Origin: an uncultured Acidobacteriota bacterium
GTDB taxonomy: Bacteria; Acidobacteriota; Thermoanaerobaculia; Multivoradales; UBA5704
Assembly: GCA_963700145.1 (NCBI GenBank)
Contig: OY969474.1
Span: 2,688,001-2,752,000 of the forward strand
Reading direction: 5' to 3'
Length of the DNA: 64,000 nucleotides
The translations under genes were made by a program, and so were the position numbers. The notes beneath the pieces were generated by a model. That model was not told where the DNA came from, searched no databases, and saw only the letters and a list, made by a program, of their open reading frames with translations. Positions 41,032 to 52,025 of the stretch are shown here, piece by piece; position 1 is the stretch's first letter, and the number at the start of each line of letters is the position of its first letter.

Positions 41032-42378
41032 CTACGGCTGGTCGGTGAGCCGGAGCAGCCGCTTGAGCGCGAACCAGCGGTCACGCAGCTTCCAGAAGCG
41101 GCTGGCTTGCATCGCCGCCATGCGCGCGCGGAGGACGGCGAGGTCGTTGGCGTGGGAGAGGGACTGTTCGTCGATCTTCGCCTGGAGGTCGGTGCGGGTG
41201 CGGTCGAGCTCGGCGCCGGTGGCGAGGAAGTCGAGGCGCGCGGCGCGCAGGAGGGCTGTCTCGACGGTGCCTTCGGCGAGGACGGCGGTGCGGCCGGCGG
41301 CGTCGATGGCGCGGACGACGAGGGAGGTCGCGGCGAGCGGCGTGCCCGCCGGCAGGTCGAGCCGCAGGCTCCAGCCCACCGGCTCGATCGGCTCGCCGGG
41401 GAAGAGCGGCGCGACCTCCGGGCGGTGCACCGGCTCCCGGGAGACGGCGGCGACCTCGCCGTCGAGGAGGGCCTCGACGCGGGGTATCGGCGCGCCGTCC
41501 ATGCGGTCCACCGCCCACCCCTGGAGCGCCAGCCGGCGCGCCCCGAGCAGGCGGCAGCTCTCGACGAAGCCCTCCGGCCGGCCGCCGAGGTCGAGGGCGG
41601 CGGGGTCGGGAGCGGGGCCGTCCACCACGAGGTAGAGGTCCTGGTAGTTGCAGAGCGCGCGCGGGAAGCGGTGCACGGCGGCGCCCGGCGCGGCGGCGGC
41701 GAGGGCGCGGCGGACGTACGGCTCGCCGGCCCAGGTGCTGCCGTAGTCGGCGGCCGGCAGGGCGCGGTCCTCGCTGGTGGCTTCGAAGAGGAAGCCGTCG
41801 CCGCCGGCGGCGGCGTCCGGGTGCAGGCTGGGGTCGTGGACGCTGAAGGCGAGGAGGCCGCCGGGCGCGACGAGGGCCCAGAGGCGGGCGAGCCAGCGGC
41901 CGAAGGTGGCTTCGGGGAGGTGGGTGAAGAGGGAGGAGACGAGGACGGCGTCGAAGGGGCCGGCGGCGGGGAGGTCTTCGGGGGCGGCGGCGGAGACGAG
42001 GCCGCGGACGCCGAAGCGTTCGGTCTGGAAGGCGACGGCGCGGGGGTCGATGTCGGAGGCGCAGACGCGGGCGGGGGGGAGGTCGTGGGCGATGAAGCGG
42101 GTGACGCGGCCGTAGCCGGCGGCGAAGTCTAGGAGGTTGGTGACGCGGTGGAGATCGCCGAAGCGCCAGGTCAGGGTTTGGCGCAGGGTGTGCCAGAGGA
42201 GCCAGCCGGAGCGGAAGTAGCTGGAGAGGGCGGAGCCTCGGTGCCACTGGCGGAAGAAGAAGAGGCGGAACATTTCGTCTTCTTCGTCGACGGTGAGGTC
42301 GGCGCCGGATTCGACGATCTCGGGGCAGAGGGCTGCGACGTAGGGATCGAGCTGATCCGGCGTGTGGGCGAACGGCAT
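41032..42378 (-). CDS. Class I SAM-dependent methyltransferase, paralog of 32903-34222
   Basis: LLDFAAGYGRVTRF, SLFTHLP, YGSTW, ASRFWKLRDRWF. Confidence 0.85.
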   Translation of the reverse strand: MPFAHTPDQLDPYVAALCPEIVESGADLTVDEEDEMFRLFFFRQWHRGSALSSYFRSGWLLWHTLRQTLTWRFGDLHRVTNLLDFAAGYGRVTRFIAHDLPPARVCASDIDPRAVAFQTERFGVRGLVSAAAPEDLPAAGPFDAVLVSSLFTHLPEATFGRWLARLWALVAPGGLLAFSVHDPSLHPDAAAGGDGFLFEATSEDRALPAADYGSTWAGEPYVRRALAAAAPGAAVHRFPRALCNYQDLYLVVDGPAPDPAALDLGGRPEGFVESCRLLGARRLALQGWAVDRMDGAPIPRVEALLDGEVAAVSREPVHRPEVAPLFPGEPIEPVGWSLRLDLPAGTPLAATSLVVRAIDAAGRTAVLAEGTVETALLRAARLDFLATGAELDRTRTDLQAKIDEQSLSHANDLAVLRARMAAMQASRFWKLRDRWFALKRLLRLTDQP

Positions 42379-42421
42379 GCGGGCTGGATGGTAACGGAGG
42401 GCGAGGCGACCGGTGGCGGAG

Positions 42422-42586
42422 GGGCCGCGGCGGGGCTCGCGGTGCCGGGAACCGCCGCGAGCCTGGAGGACTGCGGCGGGAGGGCTCGCGGCTGCGCTGC
42501 GCTTCGCGCGGGATCGCTCGAGGACTATCGCGGTCTTGCCGGCGCTCGCTCAGAGCTTCCCGGCACCGCGAGCCCCACCGCGGCCC
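42422..42586. repeat. Structured repeat family B, copy 3
   Basis: IR GGGCCGCGGCGGGGCTCGCGGTGCCGGGAA / TTCCCGGCACCGCGAGCCCCACCGCGGCCC; same core. Confidence 0.85.
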
Positions 42587-42625
42587 GGGACCGTTTGTGT
42601 TCCTCCGCGCAAACCCTTCCCACCT

Positions 42626-42660
42626 GTCATCCTGAGCGAAGCGAAGGATCTGGGCGGGGG
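42626..42660. repeat. REP family A single copy
   Basis: GTCATCCTGAGCGAAGCGAAGGATCTGGGCGGGGG just past the protease stop codon. Confidence 0.85.
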
Positions 42661-42664
42661 AAAG

Positions 42665-45292
42665 CTAAAACGCGCTCGTATCGCTGCGGCTTGCGAGTGT
42701 GCCTTGCGGGTTGTGGTAGGTGCGGACTGTGCCGGTGGCGGTGTCGGTTACTTTGAGCCAGTACTCGACGTTGGTGAGGGCGCCGTAGAAGATCCAGAAG
42801 CGGCCGTTGATGGCGCGGCCGTCGAGGACTTTGACGACGAGCTCGGTGTTGCCGGCGTCGAAGAACCAGAGGTAGCCGGTGCGGTCGGTGCCGCGGACGG
42901 CGCGGGCGTCGCCGGCGGCGGCGCCGTTGCGCCACTTGACCTGGACCTTGAAGCGGCCGTTCTGCAGGCAGAGGGTGGTGGCGCCGGCGGCGCAGGCGGT
43001 GGCGGGCTCGTTGATGACGGACGGGGCCTCGGAGGCGGTGGGGGCGCGGCGCGGCAGCTCGGAGACGGGGAGCACGGCGCCGGCCGGAGCGGCGCCAGCG
43101 GCGGCGAGCGCCGCGGTGTCGCCGAGGGCGCCCTGGCTGCCGGCGGGGTTGTGGTAGACGCGCACCCGGCCGGTCGTGGTGTCGCTGACCCTGACCCAGT
43201 ACTCGACGTCGGTGAGGGCGCCGAGGAAGAGCCAGAGGTGGCCGTTGACGGCGCGGCCGTCGAGGGCCTTGACGATCAGCTCGACGTTGGCGGTGTCGAA
43301 GAACCAGAAGGTGCCGGTCTGGTCGCCGCCGGTGGCGGTCGGCGGCAGGCCGGCGCGGGCGGCGCCGACCGCGCCGCCGGTGCGCCAGGTGACCTCGACG
43401 CGGACGCGCCCGCCGAGAAGACAGAGGGCGGTCGAGCCGGCGCCACAGCCGGCGGCGGGGACCGCGGCAGGAGTGGTCGCCGCCGCGGCGTTGCTCGCCG
43501 CCGAGAGGCCGCCGGCGGCGCGCGCCCGCACGCGGAAGGAGTAGCCGGTGCCCGGCGACAGCCCGCGCACCAGGGCGCCGGTGGCGTTCGCCGGCGCGGT
43601 GCCGACCTCCTGGAACGACCCGCCCGCCGCGCTGCGCTCGATCCGGTAGTCCAGCTCCGCCTGCGCGTTGTCGCGCCAGGCGAGCAGGACCTCCTGCCCC
43701 GAGTGGGCGACCGCAAGGAGCCCGGTCGGCGCCGGCGGCGCCGCCGGCCCGCTCTTGAGGCTCGCGGTGTTGCTGTAGGGCGAGAACCCGCCGGCGCCGG
43801 CGGCACGCACGCGGAAGGCGTAGGCGATGCCCGGCTGCAGGCCGGAGACCGTGGCCGAGGTGGTCCCCGCGGCCAGCTTCAGGAGCTCCTTGAAGGCGCC
43901 GCCGGCGACGCTGCGCTCGACCCGGAAGTCCAGCTCGTTGCCCGAGTTGTCGCGCCAGGCGAGACGCGCGGCGCCGCCCGCCTGCGCCTGCGCGGCGAGC
44001 TGGCTCGGCGCCGCGGGGAGGTTCGCCGGAGGCGGGGGCGGGGGCGGCGCCGGGGCCACGCCCGAGGGATAGATCGAGGCCACCGCCGTCCGGTCGTCCG
44101 CCTCGAGGCGGGCGCCGCGGCCGTCGTCGTGCACGCTGGCGTGCATCAGGGCCGCGCGGCTGCCCGAGTGGCCGATCCCCAGCGTGTGCCCGAGCTCGTG
44201 GGCGAAGACCTCCTCGGCGACGCGCGGGTCGTCGCGGAAGAAGCACTCGGTGCCGTCGTTGGTGACGATGTCGGCCTCGACCGCCTCGTGGTAGGCCTTG
44301 CCGTGGTGGGTGCGGGTGGAGGTGTAGAAGAACGGGCCGCCGACGGCGATGACGCCGCCGCTGCCGCACTGGAAGCCGCCCTCGCCCTCGGCGTGGTGCG
44401 GGTCGTCGAAGAGGATGGCGTTGGTGCCGTCGGAGCGGTCGAGGCCGGTGCTCGCCGAGGTGGTGCCGTGGTAGGCGTAACGGATGGTGCTGCCGAGGTC
44501 GCCGTTCCAGGCGTCAAGGGCGGTGCGGAAGGCGCCGATCGAGCGCTCGACCCCGAGGCCCGCCTGGCCGGCGGTGTGGACGCGCCAGCCGACCGTCTCG
44601 CCGCGGTCGAACTTGAACCAGCGGATCGGGTTGCCCTTGGTCGAGGTCATCAGCGAGAAGCCGGCGGTCGTCGCCCGCAGCGCGTCGGAGGCGCTCTCGT
44701 CGAGGAGGTAGTCGCGCTCGCGGCGGCGGCCGGCGGCGCGGTCGCCGAGCCAGTCGGCGAAGCGCTCGAGGTCGCGCGGCCGGTCGGCGCCGCGCTCGTG
44801 GAAGGTCGGCCGCCCGTCCGGACCGAGGACCACCTCGTGCGCGCCGGAGAGGTCGCGCACCGCCGCGCGCCGGCCGGCGAGCCGCCGCTCGTGGAACGCG
44901 CCGAGCATGAGGTGGAGGATGCGGTAGGCGCCGTCACCCCCCGGCACCAGGAAGAGGAGGGCGCGCTCGCCGCGGGCGAACTCGGGAGCGCCGAAGACGC
45001 GCAGGCCGACGCCGCCCGGGCCGATCCCGCCCGGCACCCGCACCACGATCCGGCTTCCCGGCAGGTGCCCCTTGACGACCCGATCCACCTCGACGAGGTA
45101 GTCGGTGGCCGGGGCGTCGCCGGCCGTCGCCAGCCCCGCCTCGACCACCCGCACCTCGGCCACGGCCCGCGCCTGGTCGGCCAGGGAGGCGTCCGAGACC
45201 ATCACGTAGGTGGTCGCTTCCACGGCCGCCGGGACCGCCAGCGAGGCCAGTAGAATGAAGGGGATCCGGAGCTGTCGCATCGAGCGCCTCAT
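42665..45292 (-). CDS. Secreted matrixin-like (metzincin) metalloprotease with two FN3 domains and a duplicated C-terminal domain
   Basis: HELGHTLGIGHS plus ALM Met-turn; two W..N...Y.FRVRA FN3 domains; two CL..GRFxV..FWFF..NxELxVKxLDGR units. Confidence 0.85.
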   Translation of the reverse strand: MRRSMRQLRIPFILLASLAVPAAVEATTYVMVSDASLADQARAVAEVRVVEAGLATAGDAPATDYLVEVDRVVKGHLPGSRIVVRVPGGIGPGGVGLRVFGAPEFARGERALLFLVPGGDGAYRILHLMLGAFHERRLAGRRAAVRDLSGAHEVVLGPDGRPTFHERGADRPRDLERFADWLGDRAAGRRRERDYLLDESASDALRATTAGFSLMTSTKGNPIRWFKFDRGETVGWRVHTAGQAGLGVERSIGAFRTALDAWNGDLGSTIRYAYHGTTSASTGLDRSDGTNAILFDDPHHAEGEGGFQCGSGGVIAVGGPFFYTSTRTHHGKAYHEAVEADIVTNDGTECFFRDDPRVAEEVFAHELGHTLGIGHSGSRAALMHASVHDDGRGARLEADDRTAVASIYPSGVAPAPPPPPPPANLPAAPSQLAAQAQAGGAARLAWRDNSGNELDFRVERSVAGGAFKELLKLAAGTTSATVSGLQPGIAYAFRVRAAGAGGFSPYSNTASLKSGPAAPPAPTGLLAVAHSGQEVLLAWRDNAQAELDYRIERSAAGGSFQEVGTAPANATGALVRGLSPGTGYSFRVRARAAGGLSAASNAAAATTPAAVPAAGCGAGSTALCLLGGRVRVEVTWRTGGAVGAARAGLPPTATGGDQTGTFWFFDTANVELIVKALDGRAVNGHLWLFLGALTDVEYWVRVSDTTTGRVRVYHNPAGSQGALGDTAALAAAGAAPAGAVLPVSELPRRAPTASEAPSVINEPATACAAGATTLCLQNGRFKVQVKWRNGAAAGDARAVRGTDRTGYLWFFDAGNTELVVKVLDGRAINGRFWIFYGALTNVEYWLKVTDTATGTVRTYHNPQGTLASRSDTSAF

Positions 45293-45342
45293 GGCCGCTC
45301 GATGAATGTATTGCGCTAGGGATTGGGGCTACGGAGGCGACT

Positions 45343-45705
45343 TTACTCTGAGCTGACATTTCCCCCGGACTTGGCACCGGCGGGCGTTTTCTCACTGGCT
45401 TTCGCCGTCTCGCTCCCAGTTGTCACGCCTTTTTCAGGCCCGGAGGCGGCTTTCTCGCCGCCCGTGTCGGCCTTGTCGGCTTTCTCGGCCTTCTCGTCCT
45501 TCCCTTCGCCACCCTTCGCTTTGCCGCGCCCGGCGTAGTCGGTCACGTACCAGCCGCTGCCCTTGAAATGCATGGCCGCCGCCGAGATGAGCTTCTTGAC
45601 CTCGCCGCCGCAGTGCGGGCAGGCGGCGAGAGGGGGGTCCTCGAAGCGCTGCAGGCGCTCGGTGCGGCGGCCGCACTCCAGGCACTGGAACTCGTAGATC
45701 GGCAT
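45343..45705 (-). CDS. FmdB family zinc-ribbon protein
   Basis: MPIYEFQCLECG...CPHCGG...FKGSGWYVTDY. Confidence 0.88.
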   Translation of the reverse strand: MPIYEFQCLECGRRTERLQRFEDPPLAACPHCGGEVKKLISAAAMHFKGSGWYVTDYAGRGKAKGGEGKDEKAEKADKADTGGEKAASGPEKGVTTGSETAKASEKTPAGAKSGGNVSSE

Positions 45706-45717
45706 CCCCGGGCGTCC

Positions 45718-46584
45718 TCAGCTTTCGCTTTCGCCTTCGCCGCCGCCGCCGCCGCCGGCGCCGAAGTCCTCGCCCTCGGTGCGGAAACGGATCTTGATGG
45801 CGCGGGGCGGCTCCTCGTCGACCTCGACGCCGCGCGGCCCCGGCTCCGGCGTGCCGCCGGCGCGGCGGATGAGCTGCAAGACCGAGAAGGCGTAGAGGAG
45901 CTTGCCGTTGTCGGCGGCGCTGTAAGGCCCCTCGCTGCACACCTCGTAGAGGGTCCGCTGGCCGTCGACGAGCGAGAGGAGGTCCACCTCCTCGCGCTCG
46001 AGCGCCGCCTCGATCAGGTCCTCGGTCCGCCAGGAGGGCTCGAAGACGGTGTCGCGCCGCCCCAGCCGCGCCACCAGCGCCTTGGCGTCGGGCGCGCCCT
46101 TGATCCCCTGCATGATGACCTGGCGCATGGGCAGGAGGATGCGCACCTGGTGCTCGGGCTCGAACTCGCCGATGGTGAAGGTCACCCGTCCCTCGGTCCA
46201 GTAGAAGAGGCTCCAGACGATGGCCTCGACCTGCTTGCGGATGGCGTCGTAGACCTCGGACGGCGACAGCATGCCGCCCTCGACCAGAAGCTCGCCGTGG
46301 CGGCGCTTGAGCTGCTCGCGCTGGCGCATGGTGTCGAGGAAGTCGCGGGCGGCGATGCGGCCGCTGCGCAGCAGGAAGTTGCCCAGGCTGTCGTCGCGGT
46401 CGTTCGAGGTGGCGTGGACGACATTGCCTTCGCGGATGTGCACCGTCTTGACTACCCCGTCGCGGCTTGCCTCGATCACCCCCGGCACCTGGAAGCGGTC
46501 CACGGTGTGGAGGATCTCCGGCAGCGCCGTCTCCGCGAGGTCGCCGTGGAACTGGAAGCTGGACTCGGCACCGGGAAGAGGCAC
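45718..46584 (-). CDS. DUF4388 (PatA-N-like) domain protein
   Basis: FHGDLAETALPEIL, GNVVHATSN, LGNFLL, WTEGRVTF. GGAGG RBS before GTG 46584. Confidence 0.75.
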   Translation of the reverse strand: MPLPGAESSFQFHGDLAETALPEILHTVDRFQVPGVIEASRDGVVKTVHIREGNVVHATSNDRDDSLGNFLLRSGRIAARDFLDTMRQREQLKRRHGELLVEGGMLSPSEVYDAIRKQVEAIVWSLFYWTEGRVTFTIGEFEPEHQVRILLPMRQVIMQGIKGAPDAKALVARLGRRDTVFEPSWRTEDLIEAALEREEVDLLSLVDGQRTLYEVCSEGPYSAADNGKLLYAFSVLQLIRRAGGTPEPGPRGVEVDEEPPRAIKIRFRTEGEDFGAGGGGGGEGESES

Positions 46585-46658
46585 GCGTACCTCCGGTCTA
46601 AAGGCCGGTGGGAAAAGGATTTGAGCCTCGGCTCGAGGCGCGAGTATACCATCCGCGC

Positions 46659-47860
46659 ATGATCTCGCCGGAGGAGGCGTGGGCCCGACTGGAGCCGCAC
46701 TTGACACCGCTGCCGGAGGAGAGCGTGGCGCGCCGCGCGGCCGTCGGCCGGGTGCTGGCGCGGCCGCTCGCGGCGCGCGTCGACGTCCCCGCGCTCGACG
46801 TTTCGGCGATGGACGGCTACGCCCTGGCCGGCGCGGCCGAGGCCGGCGAGCACCTGCCGGTCGTCGGCACGGTGGCGGCCGGCGACCCGCCCGGGCTCGC
46901 CCTTCTCGCCGGCACCGCGGCGCGGGTGATGACCGGGGCGCCGCTGCCGGCCGGGGCCGACCGGGTGGTGCCGGTGGAGCAGACCGACGGCGGGCGCGAC
47001 GTCGTCGCGCTCGGCGCCGCGCCGGCCGCAGGCGAGCACGTGCGGCGGCGCGGCGAGGTGCTGCGCGAGGGCGACGAGCTGCTGCCGGCGGGCGCGCTCC
47101 TCACCCCCGGCGCCCTGGCACTCCTCGCGACGCACGGCTACGGCGAGCTGCCGGTCCACCGCGCGCCGCGGGTGGCGGTGCTGGCGACCGGCGACGAGCT
47201 GGTGCCGCCGGAGGCCGAGCCCGCGCCCGGCCGGCTCCGCGACTCCAACACCGACTTCCTGCTCGCCGCCGGCGCGACGCTCGGGCTCGCCTTGGTACCG
47301 CTGGGGATCGTCGGCGACGACCCCGAGGCGCTCGCCGCCGCGATCGCGCGCGGCCTCGCCGAGTCCGACCTCCTCCTCCTCTGCGGCGGCGTCTCGGTCG
47401 GCGAGTTCGACCTGGTCGAGCCGGCGCTCGCGCGGCTCGGCTGCCGGCCGCTCTTCGACGCCGTCGCGGTGCAGCCGGGGAAGCCCCTGGTGGCCGCCGT
47501 CCACGACGGCGGGCTGGTCGTCGCCCTGCCCGGCAACCCGGCGGCGGTGATGGTCGATTTCTGGCTCTTCGTCCGCCCGGTGCTGCGGCGCCTGCTCGGC
47601 GCCGCCGACGGCTACTGCCACGGCGCCCTGCGCGGCCGGCTCGCCGCGCCGCTCCCCGGGGCGCGCGGGCGCACGCGCTACCTGCCAGCCGAGGTGACGT
47701 TCGCGGGAGGGGAGATCGAGGTGGTCCCGGTACCGGCGAAGGGGTCGCACGACCTCGCCGCCTACGCCCGCGGCACGGCGCTGGTGCGCGTCCCGGCCGG
47801 CGCGCCGCCCGCCGAGGCCGGCGCGCCTTGCGAGGTCCTGCCGCTCGCCGACTGGCGGGC

Positions 47861-47870
<10 letters not shown>
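46659..47870 (+). CDS. moeA: Molybdopterin molybdotransferase (gephyrin-like)
   Basis: SAMDGYA, MTGAPLP, ATGDEL, GGVSVGEFD, QPGKP, LPGNP. Confidence 0.92.
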
Positions 47871-49069
<1,199 letters not shown>

Positions 49070-49070
49070 C

Positions 49071-50447
49071 TCAGCTCCCGCCCGGCCGGCGGGCGCCGGC
49101 GCCGCCGCCGCTGGGACGCGAGCCGCCGGCGCCGCGCGAGCCACCGCCGAGCGGGCCGCTCATCCGCTCGCGCAGGCGCTCGGAGCGCTCGGCCTGCCGC
49201 TGCTGGAGCTGCGCCACCGAGACCAGCACTACCTCCTCGCCGGGCTCGAGGCCGCGGACGACCTCGGTGTACTCCCAGTCGCTCAACCCGAGGACCACGC
49301 GGCGCGGCGCCGGGCCGCCGGCTCCCTCGACGAAGACGACCGCGGGGCGGGTGTCGCCGCCGCCGGCCTGCGGCCCCTCGGTTCCGGCACCGCCGTCTCC
49401 GCCGCGCCGCCACCCCGACCCGCCACCACCGCCCTCGCGCCGCTCGCGGGCGCCGTCGCCGCGCATCGCTTCCAGCGCGGCCTCGTCGATCCCCAGCACC
49501 TCGGCCGCGGCGCGCGCCTCGCGCGGGCTGACCACGGCGGCGTTCGGCACCGCCAGCACGTCGGCGCGGCGGGCGATCTCCACCGTCACCTCGGCGTTCA
49601 TGCCCGGCCGCAGGAGGCCTTCCGGATTGGGCAGCCGCACCAGCACCGGGAACATGGTCACGTTCTGCTCCACCACCGCCTGCGGCTCGATCTTGCTCAC
49701 CGTGCCGCGGAAGACGCGGCCCGCATAAGCCTCGACGGTGACCTCCGCCGGCAGCCCCGGGCGGATACGGCCGATGTCCACCTCGTCGATCTGGGCCCGC
49801 ACCTGCATGTCGGCGAGGTCGGCCATGCGGAAGAGGGTGGTGCCGCCGGAGACGTTCGAGGTGGCCGAGGCGATGATCTGCCCCGGCTCGACGGTGCGCT
49901 CGATGACCGTGCCGGCGATCGGCGCCCGGATCGTCACGTCCTGCCGCTTCTCCTGGGCCAGGCGGTGGATGGTGCGCGCCCGCACCAGCGCCGCCCGCGT
50001 CGCGGCGGTGATCTCGACGGTCTGCTCGTACTCCTGCGCCGGCAGGAGGCCTTCGTCGCGCAGGCGGCGCGAGCGGGTGCGCGCGGCCTCGGCGGTGGCC
50101 AGGGCCACCCGCGCCGACTCGAGGTCCGCCGCCGCCTGGTCGACCGCGCTCTGCACGTCGCGCGGGTCGATCTCGGCGAGGAGCGTCCCCTGCTCGACCC
50201 GGTCGCCGGTTTCGACCGTCACCTGCAGCACCTCGCCCGAGGCGTTCGACTTGACCTCCACGACGCGCACCGGCTCGACCAGGCCGGCCGCCTCCGCCAC
50301 CACGTCGATGGTGCGCCGCTCCACCGCCGCCACCGCCGCCGAGCCCTCCCGTCCGTCCTCTTCGCCGCGGCGGCCGAGCGCGAACGCCGCCAGCGCCAGG
50401 AGGACCAGCCCCGCGGCCCCCACCGACATGCTCTTGCCCCTGCTCAT
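49071..50447 (-). CDS. MacA-like efflux periplasmic adaptor
   Basis: VEVKSNASGEV, IRAPIAGTV, DEVDIG, LRPGMNA, GLEPGE. Confidence 0.88.
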   Translation of the reverse strand: MSRGKSMSVGAAGLVLLALAAFALGRRGEEDGREGSAAVAAVERRTIDVVAEAAGLVEPVRVVEVKSNASGEVLQVTVETGDRVEQGTLLAEIDPRDVQSAVDQAAADLESARVALATAEAARTRSRRLRDEGLLPAQEYEQTVEITAATRAALVRARTIHRLAQEKRQDVTIRAPIAGTVIERTVEPGQIIASATSNVSGGTTLFRMADLADMQVRAQIDEVDIGRIRPGLPAEVTVEAYAGRVFRGTVSKIEPQAVVEQNVTMFPVLVRLPNPEGLLRPGMNAEVTVEIARRADVLAVPNAAVVSPREARAAAEVLGIDEAALEAMRGDGARERREGGGGGSGWRRGGDGGAGTEGPQAGGGDTRPAVVFVEGAGGPAPRRVVLGLSDWEYTEVVRGLEPGEEVVLVSVAQLQQRQAERSERLRERMSGPLGGGSRGAGGSRPSGGGAGARRPGGS

Positions 50448-50512
50448 CTCGTCACCTCGCGAAGGCGGCGCCTGCCGCCGCGACACCTATAACCCGGGAT
50501 TAGACTCGCCGC

Positions 50513-51658
50513 ATGCCCGCCCCGACCTCCCGCCGCCTCCTTGCCGCTCTCCCTCTCCTCGCCGCCGCCCTCGCCTGCCGCCTGCCGGGCGTGGAGGAGG
50601 GCGGCGCCGGCGAGGACGGGACGGGAGCGGAGGAGGAGCGCGCGGCCCTGGCGCCGGACGCGGCCGTGCCCTCCCCGGCCGTGCGCGAGCTGGCCGAGGA
50701 GGAGCGGGCGCGGATCGAGCTCTTCCGCGCCGCCTCCCCCTCGGTCGTCTTCATCACCACCACCGCCCGCCGCCGCGACTTCTTCCGCATGAACATCCTG
50801 GAGATCCCGCAGGGGTCGGGCTCCGGCTTCATCTGGGACCGCCGCGGCCACGTCATCACCAACTTCCACGTCCTCCAGGGCGCCACCGCCGCGCGGGTCA
50901 CCCTCTCCGACCACTCCGCCTGGGACGCCGAGCTGGTCGGCGCCACGGGGGAGAAGGACCTCGCCGTGCTGCGCATCGAGGCGCCGGTCGAGCGCATGCG
51001 GCCGCTCGCCGTCGGGCGCTCCGCCGGCCTGCAGGTGGGCCAGACGGTGCTCGCCATCGGCAACCCGTTCGGGCTCGACCAGACGCTGACGACCGGCGTC
51101 ATCAGCGCCCTCGGGCGCGAGATCCAGTCGCTCGGCGGCGTGCCGATCCGCGACGTGGTGCAGACCGACGCGGCGATCAACCCCGGCAACTCGGGCGGGC
51201 CGCTGCTCGACAGCCACGGCCGGCTGATCGGCGTCAACACCGCGATCTACAGCCCCTCCGGCGCCTACGCCGGGATCGGCTTCGCGATCCCGGTGGACAC
51301 GGTGGCCTGGGTGGTGCCGGAGCTGATCGAGCACGGCCGCGTCGTGCGGCCGACCCTCGGGGTGAACCTGCTGCCGGACGCCACGGTCCAGGAGCTGGGG
51401 CTCGAAGGGGCGCTGGTGGGAGACGTGGTGGCGGGGAGCGGCGCCGAGCGCGCCGGTCTGCAGCCGACGCGGCAGGACCGCTTCGGACGGATCGTGCTCG
51501 GGGACCTGATCGTGGCGGTGAACGGCGAGCCGGTGCGCACGATCGGCGACCTCTTCCTGGCGCTCGAGAAGCGCCGCCCGGGCGAGGCCGTCCGCGTCGC
51601 CTTCGACCGCGCCGGCGAGCGGCACGAGGTCACCGCGGTGCTGGGGACGGGTGGCTAG
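50513..51658 (+). CDS. HtrA/DegP-like serine protease with PDZ domain (probable lipoprotein)
   Basis: TNFHV, DLAVL, AIGNPFGL, INPGNSGGPL; LAC lipobox-like signal. Confidence 0.9.
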   Translation: MPAPTSRRLLAALPLLAAALACRLPGVEEGGAGEDGTGAEEERAALAPDAAVPSPAVRELAEEERARIELFRAASPSVVFITTTARRRDFFRMNILEIPQGSGSGFIWDRRGHVITNFHVLQGATAARVTLSDHSAWDAELVGATGEKDLAVLRIEAPVERMRPLAVGRSAGLQVGQTVLAIGNPFGLDQTLTTGVISALGREIQSLGGVPIRDVVQTDAAINPGNSGGPLLDSHGRLIGVNTAIYSPSGAYAGIGFAIPVDTVAWVVPELIEHGRVVRPTLGVNLLPDATVQELGLEGALVGDVVAGSGAERAGLQPTRQDRFGRIVLGDLIVAVNGEPVRTIGDLFLALEKRRPGEAVRVAFDRAGERHEVTAVLGTGG

Positions 51659-51717
51659 GGGATCAGCCCGAGAACGCGAAGGGGGCTGCACCGCGCGCGG
51701 GCGGCTCTGTGCGCGGG

Positions 51718-51817
51718 TGGCGGAAGCGCATGGGAATCGAACCCACCCCCCACACCGCAACCGGCGCGGGACAACGGTTTTGAAGACCGCGGAAGGCACC
51801 AGCCCCCGAGCGCTTCC
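51718..51817 (-). tRNA. selC: tRNA-Sec (anticodon TCA)
   Basis: The minus strand reads GGAAGCGC...CTTCAAA...long variable arm...GGTTCGATTCC...GCGCTTCCGCCA, 100 nt. A TACAAT -10 box lies upstream. Confidence 0.93.
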
Positions 51818-51838
51818 GTTCCGGAAGAAAATAATTGT

Positions 51839-52000
51839 AGAGCATCAGGGGGGCTCGCCGCGGGCACCGGCGCGAGCTCTGTAGATGGTCAAGGGGTGGG
51901 CTCGCGCCTGCGCTGCGCTGCGCGCGGGGTCGGTCTCGTTTGCGGAGGTGCTTGCCGGCGCTTGCGCAGAGCTGCCCGCCGCGAGCCCCCCTGATGCTCT
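51839..52000. repeat. Structured repeat family B, copy 4 (divergent outer stem)
   Basis: IR AGAGCATCAGGGGGGCTCGC...GCGAGCCCCCCTGATGCTCT; core GCTCGCGCCTGCGCTGCGCTGCGCGCGGG...GCGCTTGCGCAGAGCT. Confidence 0.8.
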
Positions 52001-52025
52001 GGTTACTTCATTTTTACTAGCTGCA

